64,000 bases of DNA, taken from the NCBI GenBank assembly GCA_943332515.1, contig CALQPR010000021.1, positions 9,737 through 73,736 on the forward strand, written 5' to 3'. The translations under genes were made by a program, and so were the position numbers. The notes under the pieces were generated by a model. That model was not told the DNA's origin, did not search any database, and saw only the letters and a program-made list of their open reading frames with translations. Positions 17,739 to 26,989 of this stretch are shown here, one piece after another (position 1 is the stretch's first letter; every line of letters begins with the position of its first letter). Origin of the DNA: Pedosphaera parvula Ellin514 (lineage in GTDB: Bacteria > Verrucomicrobiota > Verrucomicrobiia > Limisphaerales > JADJPG01).

Positions 17739-18521
17739 TCAAGTCTGGCGTTTGCGGAACTCCATCGGGGTCGCGCCGGTGGCGGAACGAAACGCGCGGC
17801 TGAAGGCGCTGTGATCGTAGAAGCCGCACGAATGCGCGATTTCCGCGACCGGCTGATCCGTCTCCAGCAACAGCCGCGAGGCGGCGGCCAGCCGGGTCTG
17901 CGTGATGAGCTGGCTGGGCGTGAGGCGGAAGATGCGCTTGATGAGTCGGGCGAAACGGATCGGGGAAAGTCCGGCGCTTCTTGCCAGCGATGCGGGGGAG
18001 ATGTTCTCGTCGAAATGCGCTTCAAGGAATTCCAGCGTGCTGGCCAGGCTTGAGGGAATGCTCTCGCGGTCGCCGGGAGCGCGGAGATCGCGCGAAATAC
18101 CGGCAAGGCCGATGATTGCGCCAGAGGGTGCGCGGAGCGGAAGCTTGGTAGTCAGGCACCAGCCTGATTGCCGTCGTGCGTACCAGTGGAGTTCCAGGCG
18201 GTCGACGATCGGGCGACCAGTGCGCAGCACGGTTTCATCCTGCGCCGCGTAACGCGCCGCTAGGTCGTTCGGGAAAACGTCGCGCACATGGCGTCCGACG
18301 AGTTGCGGCTTTTCTCGCAGGCCACAGCGTTCGACGAGTGACTGGTTTACTGCGAGATAGCGTCCTGCGGAGTCTTTGAGGAAGAAGACCGTGTCAGGAA
18401 TGTGATCGAACAACTGTTCCATCACCGCGAGGCTCGCGCGGAAGTCCGGCTGCGAAGCGTGGTGGGCGAGAGTGGTGGCTGGTGTGCGCGAATTCACGGC
18501 TTGGCTGTCATTCCAGTCCAA
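17739..18521 (-). CDS. PAS-domain AraC-family transcriptional regulator
   Basis: The N-terminal region is PAS-like (FDHIPDTVFFLKDSAGRYLAVNQSLVERCG). The C-terminal AraC HTH has SPASLARSAGLSPIRFARLIKRIF...IAHSCGFYDHSAFSRAFRSATGATPMEFR. Confidence 0.8.
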   Translation of the reverse strand: MDWNDSQAVNSRTPATTLAHHASQPDFRASLAVMEQLFDHIPDTVFFLKDSAGRYLAVNQSLVERCGLREKPQLVGRHVRDVFPNDLAARYAAQDETVLRTGRPIVDRLELHWYARRQSGWCLTTKLPLRAPSGAIIGLAGISRDLRAPGDRESIPSSLASTLEFLEAHFDENISPASLARSAGLSPIRFARLIKRIFRLTPSQLITQTRLAAASRLLLETDQPVAEIAHSCGFYDHSAFSRAFRSATGATPMEFRKRQT

Positions 18522-18593
18522 GACATTCTCCGGCGCAATGCCAGAATCGCGGACACAAGTTGCACGCCTATGAATTCACCTATTGATTTATGC

Positions 18594-18753
18594 CAGCCCT
18601 CTACCCCAGGAGAGGGAGCGCGACGAATCGCATCATGCACACGGGAGTTTCTCTCCGCGTCTGTTCGCGCATGGATCGCGGCGAGACAGTTCGAGTTTAC
18701 GAGCGCATTCTCCGCGCTCCCTCTCCTGGGGGAGAGGGCTGGGGTGAGGGCGG
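18594..18753. repeat. MITE/REP-like element of about 160 bp with 29-bp terminal inverted repeats built from the same unit as 6954..6990
   Basis: The left arm is CAGCCCTCTACCCCAGGAGAGGGAGCGCG (18594-18622). The reverse complement of the right arm (18713-18753) reads CCGCCCTCACCCCAGCCCTCTCCCCCAGGAGAGGGAGCGCG. The arms differ at one base over 29 bp. Confidence 0.65.
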
Positions 18754-21257
18754 TCCTTCTTCTTCTCACTGTTTCAGCATCCTCAACTCTCCTCCACGCC
18801 CAGGGCACGCGTGTTGACTACGAGCGTGCGGCCAACCTCCGCAAACTCACCGAGAACAAAGTCTATCGCGATCGCGTTCAGCCAACCTGGCTGCCTGGCG
18901 GAACGCAGTTCTGGTATCAGGTCAAGACCGGCGGGGAATCGCACGAGTTCATCCTCGTCGATGCGGAGAAGGGCGAGCGCAAGGCCGCGTTCGATCATGC
19001 GAAGCTCGCGGAGGCGTTGACCGGCGTCGGCGTGGCAGACGTTCGTGCCGACCGTCTTGAACTCAAGAGGCTGGAGTGGCGTTCAGCGACGGAGATCGAG
19101 TTCAGCGCAGGAGGCAAGGACTGGCGTGCGAATCTTTCTGCCTACAAGGTGAGCGAGAACAAGGATGCGAAGACGGCGCCGGCCTCGACCTTCCGCGGCG
19201 ACGAAGCTCCTCATGCCAGTCGCAGCGCTGGAGCGGAGACGACGCTGACGTTCATCAACCGAACCCAGATTGGAGTGGAGCTCCAGTGGCTCGACGAGGA
19301 CGGCGAATCCCATGGCTACGGTCTGCTGGCGGCGGGCGCACGACGCGAGCAGCACACGTTTGCCGGTCATGTTTGGCTGGCGGCGGTGGAGGGCCGGATC
19401 GTGGCGGCGTTTGAAGGCGGTGAGAAACCGGGCCTGGCCGAGATCACCAATACACTGGCGGTCGCATCTCCGTCCCGTCCTCGTGGTCGCCGCAATTCGG
19501 GTGCTGCGGATAGCAATCGCTTCACGTCGCCCGACGGCAAATGGCGGGCGTTCATCAAGGATCACAATCTCATGGTCCACAGCCTGGAGGATGGCGAGGA
19601 GGTCGCGTTGAGCAGCGATGGCAAGGCGGACGATGCTTATGGCGAGCGCGTCTATTGGTCGCCGGACTCGAAGCGCATTGTGGGCGTCCGCACGAGGGCA
19701 GGGGAGGAACATAAGATTCACTTGGTCGAGTCGTCACCCAAGGATCAAGTTCAGCCGAAGCTGCACACGCTCGAATATCGCAAGCCCGGCGACCGTGTCC
19801 CGGTGGCCAAGCCGCAGTTGTTTGATGTCATCGCGCAGCGGCAGATTCCCGTGAGCGACGAGCTGTTTGCAAATCCTTGGAGTGTGAGTGACGTGCGTTG
19901 GGACGCGGATTCGTCGCGGTTCACCTTCCTCTTCAACCAGCGCGGGCATCAGGCGCTGCGCATCCTCGGCGTGAACGCGAACAGCGGCGCGGTAAAGCCC
20001 ATTGTCGATGAATCCAGTGCGACGTTCATCGACTATAGCGGCAAGTCGTTCACGGAATATCTCGATGAGACGGGCGAGATCATCTGGATGAGCGAACGCG
20101 ACGGCTGGAATCATCTCTATCTCTACGACGCGCGCAAATCGGCGGTGAAGAACCAGATCACAAAGGGCGAATGGGTGGTGCGCGGCGTGGATCGCGTGGA
20201 CAAGGAGAAGCGTCAGATTTGGTTTCGCGCCGGTGGCATCCGTCCGGGGCAGGATCCGTATTACCTTCACCACGCGCGCGTGAACTTCGATGGCACGGGG
20301 CTGGTGATCCTGACGGAAGGCGACGGCACGCACACGATTGAATTCTCCCCGGACCGCCGCTTCTTCGTGGACACCTGGTCGCGCGTGGACCTGGCGCCAG
20401 TGAATGAACTGCGCCGAAGTGAGGACGGTAAGCTGGTGTGTGAACTGGAACGCGGTGATGCGAGCGCGTTGGTGAAGACGGGCTGGCAGGCACCGGAACG
20501 TTTCGTGGCCAAAGCGCGCGATGGTGTGACGGACGTCTACGGCGTGATTAATCGCCCGACGAACTTCGATCCGACGAAGAAGTACGCCGTCATCGAAAAC
20601 ATCTACGCCGGGCCGCAGGGTGCGTTCGTGCCGAAAAGTTTTAGCACGCTGAACTCCATGCAGAGCCTCGGGGAACTGGGCTTCATCGTCGTGCAGATGG
20701 ATGGCCTGGGCACGAGCTATCGCTCGAAGAAGTTTCACGACGTGTGCTGGAAGAATCTCGGCGATGCGGGGTTTCCCGATCGCATTCTGTGGATGAAAGC
20801 GGCGGCGGCGAAGTATCCCTACATGGATCTTAGTCGCGTTGGAATCTACGGCGGATCGGCGGGGGGGCAGAACGCGCTGGGTGCGCTGCTGACGCACGGT
20901 GAGTTCTACAAGGCGGCGGTGGCGGACTGCGGGTGCCACGACAATCGCATGGACAAGATTTGGTGGAACGAGCAGTGGATGGGGCGGCCCATCGGGAAGC
21001 ATTACGAGGAGCAGTCCAACGTCACGCTGGCCCACAAGCTCACGGGGAAGCTGCTGCTTACAGTCGGAGAACTCGACAGGAACGTGGACCCCGCCAGCAC
21101 GATGCAAGTCGTCAACGCGCTCATCAAGGCGGACAAGGATTTCGACCTTGTTGTCTTCCCCGGCGCGGGGCACGGCGCAGGCGGAAGTCCCTACGGGCGC
21201 CGCCGTATGCAGGACTTCTTCGTGAGGCATCTGCTGGGCGTGGAGCCGAGGCGCTGA
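18744..21257 (+). CDS. S9-family serine peptidase (DPP-IV/prolyl oligopeptidase-like), secreted
   Basis: ORF 18402..21257. The GTG at 18744 gives the signal peptide (M)RAVLLLLTVSASSTLLHAQG. The ATG at 18570 is an alternative. The nucleophile motif is GGSAGG, with later ELDRNVDP and GAGHG. A DPP-IV-like N-terminal propeller region is present. Confidence 0.8.
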   Translation: MRAVLLLLTVSASSTLLHAQGTRVDYERAANLRKLTENKVYRDRVQPTWLPGGTQFWYQVKTGGESHEFILVDAEKGERKAAFDHAKLAEALTGVGVADVRADRLELKRLEWRSATEIEFSAGGKDWRANLSAYKVSENKDAKTAPASTFRGDEAPHASRSAGAETTLTFINRTQIGVELQWLDEDGESHGYGLLAAGARREQHTFAGHVWLAAVEGRIVAAFEGGEKPGLAEITNTLAVASPSRPRGRRNSGAADSNRFTSPDGKWRAFIKDHNLMVHSLEDGEEVALSSDGKADDAYGERVYWSPDSKRIVGVRTRAGEEHKIHLVESSPKDQVQPKLHTLEYRKPGDRVPVAKPQLFDVIAQRQIPVSDELFANPWSVSDVRWDADSSRFTFLFNQRGHQALRILGVNANSGAVKPIVDESSATFIDYSGKSFTEYLDETGEIIWMSERDGWNHLYLYDARKSAVKNQITKGEWVVRGVDRVDKEKRQIWFRAGGIRPGQDPYYLHHARVNFDGTGLVILTEGDGTHTIEFSPDRRFFVDTWSRVDLAPVNELRRSEDGKLVCELERGDASALVKTGWQAPERFVAKARDGVTDVYGVINRPTNFDPTKKYAVIENIYAGPQGAFVPKSFSTLNSMQSLGELGFIVVQMDGLGTSYRSKKFHDVCWKNLGDAGFPDRILWMKAAAAKYPYMDLSRVGIYGGSAGGQNALGALLTHGEFYKAAVADCGCHDNRMDKIWWNEQWMGRPIGKHYEEQSNVTLAHKLTGKLLLTVGELDRNVDPASTMQVVNALIKADKDFDLVVFPGAGHGAGGSPYGRRRMQDFFVRHLLGVEPRR

Positions 21258-21315
21258 GGAGTAATAGCGAGCGTTCTCGACACGTCAGGCGTAAACGACA
21301 TCCTTCCGGCACACG

Positions 21316-23433
21316 ATGAAATCGATTTCCATTGTCGCCTCCCGACTGCTGGCGCTTGCCGTCCTCGGTGCGTCATCTCTGCCTTCGCAAGCTCAGGACC
21401 GTCTCAAGTCCATGCCCGGTTACGCTCATCACGAGCGTGTGACCCGGCAGATGACGAATCTGTATCAGTCCGGCGCGCTTTCAGTGACGTGGAGGGATGA
21501 GGGCGGAGCTTTGGAGTACAGCCGCGACGGCGCGCGCCACCGCTATGACCTCGGCAGTGGCAAAACTTCCTTGCTGCCGAAGACGCCAACCAACTCCAGC
21601 GCTCCGCCGGTTGACGCGTCCCGTCGTTCCCGCGGCGGCACTGGGAGCACCGGCGAACGAATCGAGCGGGGACGCCAGTATTCTTTCAGCATCTCGCCTG
21701 ATGGCCAGTGGCGGGCTTTTTATCGCGACCGGAATCTTTGGCTGGGTTCCACCAATGGCCATGGCACCAACGCCATCACCACCGAGGGAGATGAAAAGAC
21801 ACGGGTGAAGTTCGGCACGGCTACGTGGGTGTATGGTGAGGAATTGTACCAGAACACGGCCATGTGGTGGTCGAGCAACAGCCAGAAGATTGCGTTCTAC
21901 AAGTTCGATGAAAGTCGGGTGCGCGACTTTCCGCTCGCGCTCAACCAGTCGCGCATTCACAGCACGCTCGACCTCGAGCCATACGTCAAAGCCGGCGACA
22001 CGAACCCGGTGGTGGACCTGTTCATCTACGACCTGAAGTCGAAGAAGACCGTGCGCGTGGATGTGCGGGATGGAAAACCTTTCGAAGACTCGGTGGTCGG
22101 CCATTACGTCTATGATGTCTTTTGGGCGCAGGATAACAGCGTTCTGCTCTTCCACCGGGCCAACCGTCGCCAGAACATCGCCGAACTGGTCGCCGCCGAT
22201 CCGGAGTCGGGAAAGTGTCGCGTGGTCGTGCGGGAGGAATGGCCGGCGAGCTGGGTGGAGAACTCGCCTCAACGCCGGTTTCTCAAGGATGGTCAACGTT
22301 TCATCTGGGCCTCCGAACGCACCGGTTGGAAGAACTTCTACCTCTACCATCTGGACGGCCGGATGCTGGCCACGCTCACCCAGCATCCCTTCGAGGTGGC
22401 GAACATCGTGCAGGTGGATGAGGAGCGCGGACTGCTCTACTACATGGCGCGCAGCGGCGACAACCACATGAAGCTGCAGTTGCACCGTGTCGGCCTGGAT
22501 GGCCGCAACGACGTGCGCCTGACGGATCCCGCCTTTCACCATACGGTCAATCTCGCTCCGGACGGGAAACACTTCATCGACGTGGTCCAGACACACGACA
22601 CCCCACCCGCCACGCGCCTGGTGAACGCCGAAGGCAAAGTCGTGACCGAGCTGGCGAAGAGCGATCTAACGCGCTTCAATAAACTCGGGCTGAAGCGCGT
22701 TGAGTTGCTGAAGTTCAAAGCGGCGGATGGCGAGACGGATCTTTACGGGATGCTGCACTTCCCCTCCGACTTCAAACCGAACCTCAAGCATCCGCTGCTG
22801 GTCAGCGTCTATGCCGGCCCAGCCACGGACGGCGCTCGCGAAACCTTCACCGTGCCGGACAAGCTCACGGAATACGGATTCCTCGTTGCCACCCTCGACT
22901 CCCGCAGCGCCAGCGGACGCGGCAAGAAGTTTCTCGACTCCATCTACATGAAGCTCGGCACCGTCGAGATTGATGACCAGGCCGCCGGAGTGCGCGCCCT
23001 CGGCCAGCGACGCTACGTGGATCGCAAACGCGTGGGCATCTTCGGCACATCGTATGGTGGCACGGCTTCAGCGCTCTGCTTGTTGCGATATCCCGATGTG
23101 TTCAAAGCCGCCGCCAGCTCCTCGTCCGTCGGCGACTTCCGTCACTACGACAGCATCTACACCGAGCGCTACATGTGGCTGCCTCAGGAAAACAAGGTGG
23201 GCTACGACGCGGTGGCGCTGGCCAAACACGCGGCCAATTTGCGCGGCCGGCTCATGCTGTTTTTCGGCACGGCGGACAACAACGTGCATCCCAACAACAG
23301 CCTCGAGTTCATCAAAGCCCTCCAACGCGCCGGTAAGAGCTTCGAGCTACAGGTTGGCCCGGACGAGGGTCACGCCTCCCTGAACCGCGAGCGGATGATG
23401 GAATTCTTCATCGAGAATCTCGTCCTCAAGTGA
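21316..23433 (+). CDS. S9B dipeptidyl-peptidase-IV-like serine peptidase, secreted
   Basis: Signal peptide MKSISIVASRLLALAVLGASSLPSQAQ. The DPP-IV N-terminal pattern is GTATWVYGEELYQ. The nucleophile motif is GTSYGG, with GTADNNVHP and DEGHAS. Confidence 0.85.
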   Translation: MKSISIVASRLLALAVLGASSLPSQAQDRLKSMPGYAHHERVTRQMTNLYQSGALSVTWRDEGGALEYSRDGARHRYDLGSGKTSLLPKTPTNSSAPPVDASRRSRGGTGSTGERIERGRQYSFSISPDGQWRAFYRDRNLWLGSTNGHGTNAITTEGDEKTRVKFGTATWVYGEELYQNTAMWWSSNSQKIAFYKFDESRVRDFPLALNQSRIHSTLDLEPYVKAGDTNPVVDLFIYDLKSKKTVRVDVRDGKPFEDSVVGHYVYDVFWAQDNSVLLFHRANRRQNIAELVAADPESGKCRVVVREEWPASWVENSPQRRFLKDGQRFIWASERTGWKNFYLYHLDGRMLATLTQHPFEVANIVQVDEERGLLYYMARSGDNHMKLQLHRVGLDGRNDVRLTDPAFHHTVNLAPDGKHFIDVVQTHDTPPATRLVNAEGKVVTELAKSDLTRFNKLGLKRVELLKFKAADGETDLYGMLHFPSDFKPNLKHPLLVSVYAGPATDGARETFTVPDKLTEYGFLVATLDSRSASGRGKKFLDSIYMKLGTVEIDDQAAGVRALGQRRYVDRKRVGIFGTSYGGTASALCLLRYPDVFKAAASSSSVGDFRHYDSIYTERYMWLPQENKVGYDAVALAKHAANLRGRLMLFFGTADNNVHPNNSLEFIKALQRAGKSFELQVGPDEGHASLNRERMMEFFIENLVLK

Positions 23434-23585
23434 AGCCAGAGACGATCCTGCTGCTATAAAGCTCACCAGACTTGGTGAACAGGATTCGCGGCGCGGCGTG
23501 CCCCGTGCCCAACTGCTTTCGATCTCGGTTAATCTGTTGCTACCGACGGAGAGCCTCGGCCAGAATCGAGGATATATTTTTCATC

Positions 23586-24581
23586 ATGAGTAATCTTCGC
23601 TGGCAATGTTTCATGGTCCTCACCTCCTTGCTCCTGCTCGCCGGTTGCGCGACGGACGGTTCCCGCTCCAGGGCGGAGGAGGCTTCGGGCCCCGCTACGG
23701 GCTTTGAGTTCGCGCTCATCGGCGATGTGCCATACGACGAGTCACAGGCGACCAACGGATTTCCGAACATGATTCAGGAAATCAATGCTGCTGACCTCGC
23801 GTTCGTGGTGCATGACGGGGACATCAAGGCCGGAGCGACGCCTTGCACGGATGATTGCTTCGAGCGGGTCCACGCGCAGTTCCAGACCATTCGCCATCCG
23901 CTCGTTTACATCTTCGGGGACAACGAATGGAGCGATTGCGGTAAGGTAAAGACGAACGCCTTCGATCCCCTCGAACGGCTGCAAAAGCTGCGGGACATGT
24001 TCACTCGAGGCGATCGATCTCTCGGCGGACGCACCATGCGGCTGCAACGTCAGAGCGCTGATCCGCAGTTCGCCGCCTTCCGGGAAAACGTGCGTTGGAC
24101 CAAAGGCGGCGTGGTCTTTGCCGGGCTGAATGTTCCGGGTGACGACAATCATTTCGGCGCGCCCGAATTTGCCATACGCAACGCGGCGAACATCGCCTGG
24201 ATGAAGGAGGCGTTTGCGCTGGCGACACGGGACAATGCGCGCGCCGTGATGATCATCATGCAGGCTAACCCGAACTACGATGTCGCGGCGACGAACCGGA
24301 CGAGGAAGGGCTTTAATCAGATGCTCAAGGTGCTGGAGGAAGAAACCATCGCGTTCCGGAAGCCGGTCGTGCTTGTCCACGGCGACAGCCATTATTTCCG
24401 CATCGATCAGCCAATGGTAAGTTCCAAGAGCAAGCGACGCGTCGAGAACTTCCTGCGCGTCGAGACGTTCGGCAACCCGGACGTCCATTGGCTGCGCGCC
24501 ATCGTGGACGGCCGTGACCCGAACGTCTTCCGATTCGAACGCCAGCTTGTGAGGGGGAACCTCTTGAAGCACGACCGTTGA
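23586..24581 (+). CDS. Metallophosphoesterase lipoprotein
   Basis: ORF 23472..24581. The ATG at 23586 gives MSNLRWQCFMVLTSLLLLAGCATDG (lipobox LAGC). Motifs are FALIGDVPY, VVHDGDIKAG, IFGDNEWSDC and VHGDSHY. Confidence 0.75.
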   Translation: MSNLRWQCFMVLTSLLLLAGCATDGSRSRAEEASGPATGFEFALIGDVPYDESQATNGFPNMIQEINAADLAFVVHDGDIKAGATPCTDDCFERVHAQFQTIRHPLVYIFGDNEWSDCGKVKTNAFDPLERLQKLRDMFTRGDRSLGGRTMRLQRQSADPQFAAFRENVRWTKGGVVFAGLNVPGDDNHFGAPEFAIRNAANIAWMKEAFALATRDNARAVMIIMQANPNYDVAATNRTRKGFNQMLKVLEEETIAFRKPVVLVHGDSHYFRIDQPMVSSKSKRRVENFLRVETFGNPDVHWLRAIVDGRDPNVFRFERQLVRGNLLKHDR

Positions 24582-24906
24582 CCGTTGGTCTGGAACCGCG
24601 GGCGTCATTGTCCCGCAAAAGCGGGAGCGTGTTGGGCTGCGGCGGTAGGGGAATCGCGTGAACGTCGGTCTGCGGCCCCGTCCGATCCTGAGGCTCGTCG
24701 TGCTGGTTTTGCTGCTGGCCATGCTTTGCTCTGCGGTCGTCGTGCGGCCAGTTTTGTCCGGTCTCGATGAGGCAAACGTTCCACGGCGAGTGAGGAATTG
24801 ATCGGTCAAGCGTGGGTTGTTCGCCGGGTTTGAGTGCGTGTTTTACGTTGCCAGACCCGGCGTTTCGCGCTCTAACGATTGGAAACAAAGTTTCTGCAAA
24901 ATCCTT

Positions 24907-25392
24907 ATGCCGTCATTCGATATCGTCTCGCAGGTGAACTCGATGGAAATCGAGAATGCCGTCAACATTGCCAACAAGGAGCTGGTCAACCGCTTCGATT
25001 TCAAGGGCAGCAAGGCCGAGATCGTCCTGGATAAAAACGAGATCAAACTTTCCGCCGACAACGCCTTTAAGGTGAAGACCCTCGCTGAGATCATGATGGG
25101 CAAGCTCGCCAAGCGGAACATCAGTCTGAAATCCGTGGAGCAGAAAGAGCCGGACATCTCCCCCCTCGGCCACGCCCGCCAGATCATCAAGATCAAGCAG
25201 GGTATCGAGACCGCAGTCGCCAAGCAGGTGACGCAGTTCATTCGCGATCAAAAGCTCAAGGTCACCACCCAGATTCAGGGCGAGGAAGTTCGCGTGACCG
25301 GCAAGAACCGCGATGATTTGCAGGAAGTGATCGCCGCTGTCCGCACCCATGATTTCCCGGTGGCGTTGCAGTTCCAGAACTTCCGCGACTGA
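24907..25392 (+). CDS. yajQ: YajQ-family nucleotide/cyclic-di-GMP-binding protein (UPF0234)
   Basis: The ATG at 24907 gives MPSFDIVSQVNSMEIENAVNIANKELVNRFDFKGS, the typical YajQ N-terminus. Length is 161 aa. Confidence 0.9.
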   Translation: MPSFDIVSQVNSMEIENAVNIANKELVNRFDFKGSKAEIVLDKNEIKLSADNAFKVKTLAEIMMGKLAKRNISLKSVEQKEPDISPLGHARQIIKIKQGIETAVAKQVTQFIRDQKLKVTTQIQGEEVRVTGKNRDDLQEVIAAVRTHDFPVALQFQNFRD

Positions 25393-25633
25393 GGCGCCGT
25401 TGGCCGGGGTGAAGAGGCGTCCGAAGCTGCGCCGAGAATTGGACCTTTCGGGCCGGGCTTGAAAATACTTCTCGCAATCTTGCCTGAATCAGTCAATTTG
25501 CCCTCGTCTGTAAGATAGCTTGTCTCTTTCAAGGCATGGTAATCCTCAGGTGAACTTAGTTCAGTGATGATTTTAGACCCGACGTTCGGGAACAGTCTGT
25601 GGAAAGCGCCGGTGTCGGACAGCAAAACATCAC

Positions 25634-25996
25634 ATGAGCAATAAACTGTATGTAGGAAACCTTTCCTTCAATACCACCCAAAACGAACTGACCGACGCGT
25701 TCTCCGCGTTCGGCACAGTTTCAGAAACCAACCTGATGATGGACCGGGAAACCGGCCGTCCTCGTGGTTTCGCCTTCGTCACCATGGGCTCTTCCGAAGA
25801 AGCCCAGCAGGCCATTGCCGCATTGAACGGCAAAGAAATGGGCGGTCGCGCCCTCACCGTCAATGAAGCCAAGCCCCGCGAAGAGCGTTCGGGCGGCGGC
25901 GGCGGCGGCGGCGGCGGTCGTCGTGAATACGGCGGCAGCGGCGGTGGTTATGGCGGCGGCGGTGGTGGTGGCGGCGGCGGTCGTGGTCGCTACTAA
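25634..25996 (+). CDS. RRM-type RNA-binding protein with a Gly/Arg-rich tail
   Basis: The sequence [51 protein letters not shown] carries RNP2 (LYVGNL) and RNP1 (RGFAFVTM). The C-terminal tail is [33 protein letters not shown]. Confidence 0.9.
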   Translation: MSNKLYVGNLSFNTTQNELTDAFSAFGTVSETNLMMDRETGRPRGFAFVTMGSSEEAQQAIAALNGKEMGGRALTVNEAKPREERSGGGGGGGGGRREYGGSGGGYGGGGGGGGGGRGRY

Positions 25997-26028
25997 GCGG
26001 ACAAAGCTGAAACGCTTTTGAAATCATG

Positions 26029-26059
26029 GAGACCCGGTGTAAGCCGGGTCTCTTTTTTT
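26029..26059 (+). terminator. Rho-independent terminator of the RRM protein gene
   Basis: GAGACCCGG (26029-26037), loop tgtaag, CCGGGTCTC (26044-26052), then TTTTTTT (26053-26059). Confidence 0.85.
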
Positions 26060-26286
26060 GTCCCCACGCAGTGGGGTGCCGCACCTCGCGACAAAGCCGT
26101 CATTCCCCCCCTGACAACCTCTCGCTTTATGATTTCCTGCGGCTGCGCCCGGCCCTTTCCGCCGTGTCGCGATCCAGCGCAACGGTGTCACCCATGATCG
26201 GCGATCTTTCGAACGCCCGAGGAAGTCTGGGGCTTGTAAAACTCGCCCTTCCGTCATCGGTTGACTCTCCGCCAGCGGTCTCGCGT

Positions 26287-26964
26287 TCAACCAGATTCCG
26301 GGCCGGTCGGGCCGTTGCGCTTCTTTTCAAACTCCCGGCGTCCCTCCTCGACTTCTGCGCGTGGGAGATTCCCGCGCGTCAATTCGTCATCCGGCAACGC
26401 GCTTAGCCGGGCGAAGAAGGCGAGTCCCGCCGGTTCTGAAGCAAGGTCTCCGGTTGCGCGCCATGCGAAGAGGGCGTCCTCGGCCTGGGCGTAGCGGCCG
26501 CGTGCTTCGTAGTATCCGATCAGGCGTTTCCACACGCCGCCATCCGTGAGGGAATTCCATGTGAGTTCCGTCAGGCGATCGATGCGGTCGAGCAGTTCGG
26601 CGGAGACGAAGGTTTCCCCGCTCAGCAAGGTGTCGAGGGTCAGCCCAAGAGCAAGAGTGTTTGCCCGATGCGCCGCCTTCTCGCGTCCCTGGCGTGCCAG
26701 CATCTCCCCTTGTTCGGCGAGCAGTTGAGCGATCGCTGTCATCAAGCCGCTGGCGGCTGGGCCGTGCTGATGGCAGAGCGCGATCCAGTCATCGAGCGAC
26801 GGTTCGCCGGTCGTGCCCGATGGCGCATCTTGCAACTGTCGCAGCGCAGCGCCAATTTCGCGCATGGCTTGATCGTATTCCTGCCGGTTCTTCCGCGCGA
26901 TGACCCGGGCGAGGACCTGCGCCATCTCCTGCACGATGCGCATGATGTAATCGCGGCGAATCAT
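26287..26964 (-). CDS. Hypothetical helical protein (TPR-like C-terminal segment)
   Basis: 225-aa ORF beginning MIRRDYIMRIVQEMAQVLARVI. It contains GYYEARGRYAQAEDALFAW. It sits 25 nt downstream of the EcsC-like gene on the same strand. I recognised no family. Confidence 0.5.
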   Translation of the reverse strand: MIRRDYIMRIVQEMAQVLARVIARKNRQEYDQAMREIGAALRQLQDAPSGTTGEPSLDDWIALCHQHGPAASGLMTAIAQLLAEQGEMLARQGREKAAHRANTLALGLTLDTLLSGETFVSAELLDRIDRLTELTWNSLTDGGVWKRLIGYYEARGRYAQAEDALFAWRATGDLASEPAGLAFFARLSALPDDELTRGNLPRAEVEEGRREFEKKRNGPTGPESG

Positions 26965-26989
26965 CGAGGGTGACTGTCGGGTGGGAAGT

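Noticed and set aside
17558-18106. Upstream part of the 380-aa ORF 16964..18106
   Set aside because: This part is Pro/Arg/Ser-rich. It overlaps the 3' end of the PAS-AraC gene in another frame on the same (minus) strand. The internal ATG at 17557 gives a compact 197-aa protein.
18402-18743. N-terminal extension of the first S9 peptidase ORF, overlapping the AraC gene
   Set aside because: It would overlap the divergent regulator by 120 bp and translate the palindromic element. The GTG at 18744 gives a proper signal peptide. The ATG at 18570 is kept as an alternative.
19734-21230. 498-aa minus-strand ORF, plus 21481..22596 (371 aa) and 15443..16591 (382 aa)
   Set aside because: They are antisense to the S9 peptidase genes and cysS, all of which have clear catalytic motifs. 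No motifs of their own are present.
25275-25625. 116-aa minus-strand ORF in the leader of the RRM protein gene
   Set aside because: It overlaps the 3' end of yajQ by about 118 nt, and its C-terminal half is out-of-frame-like. The N-terminal half alone is too short to support.
25896-25985. GGC/GGT repeat tract considered as a microsatellite or CRISPR-like repeat
   Set aside because: It lies in frame inside the RRM protein gene and encodes the Gly/Arg-rich tail typical of such proteins. There is no spacer structure.
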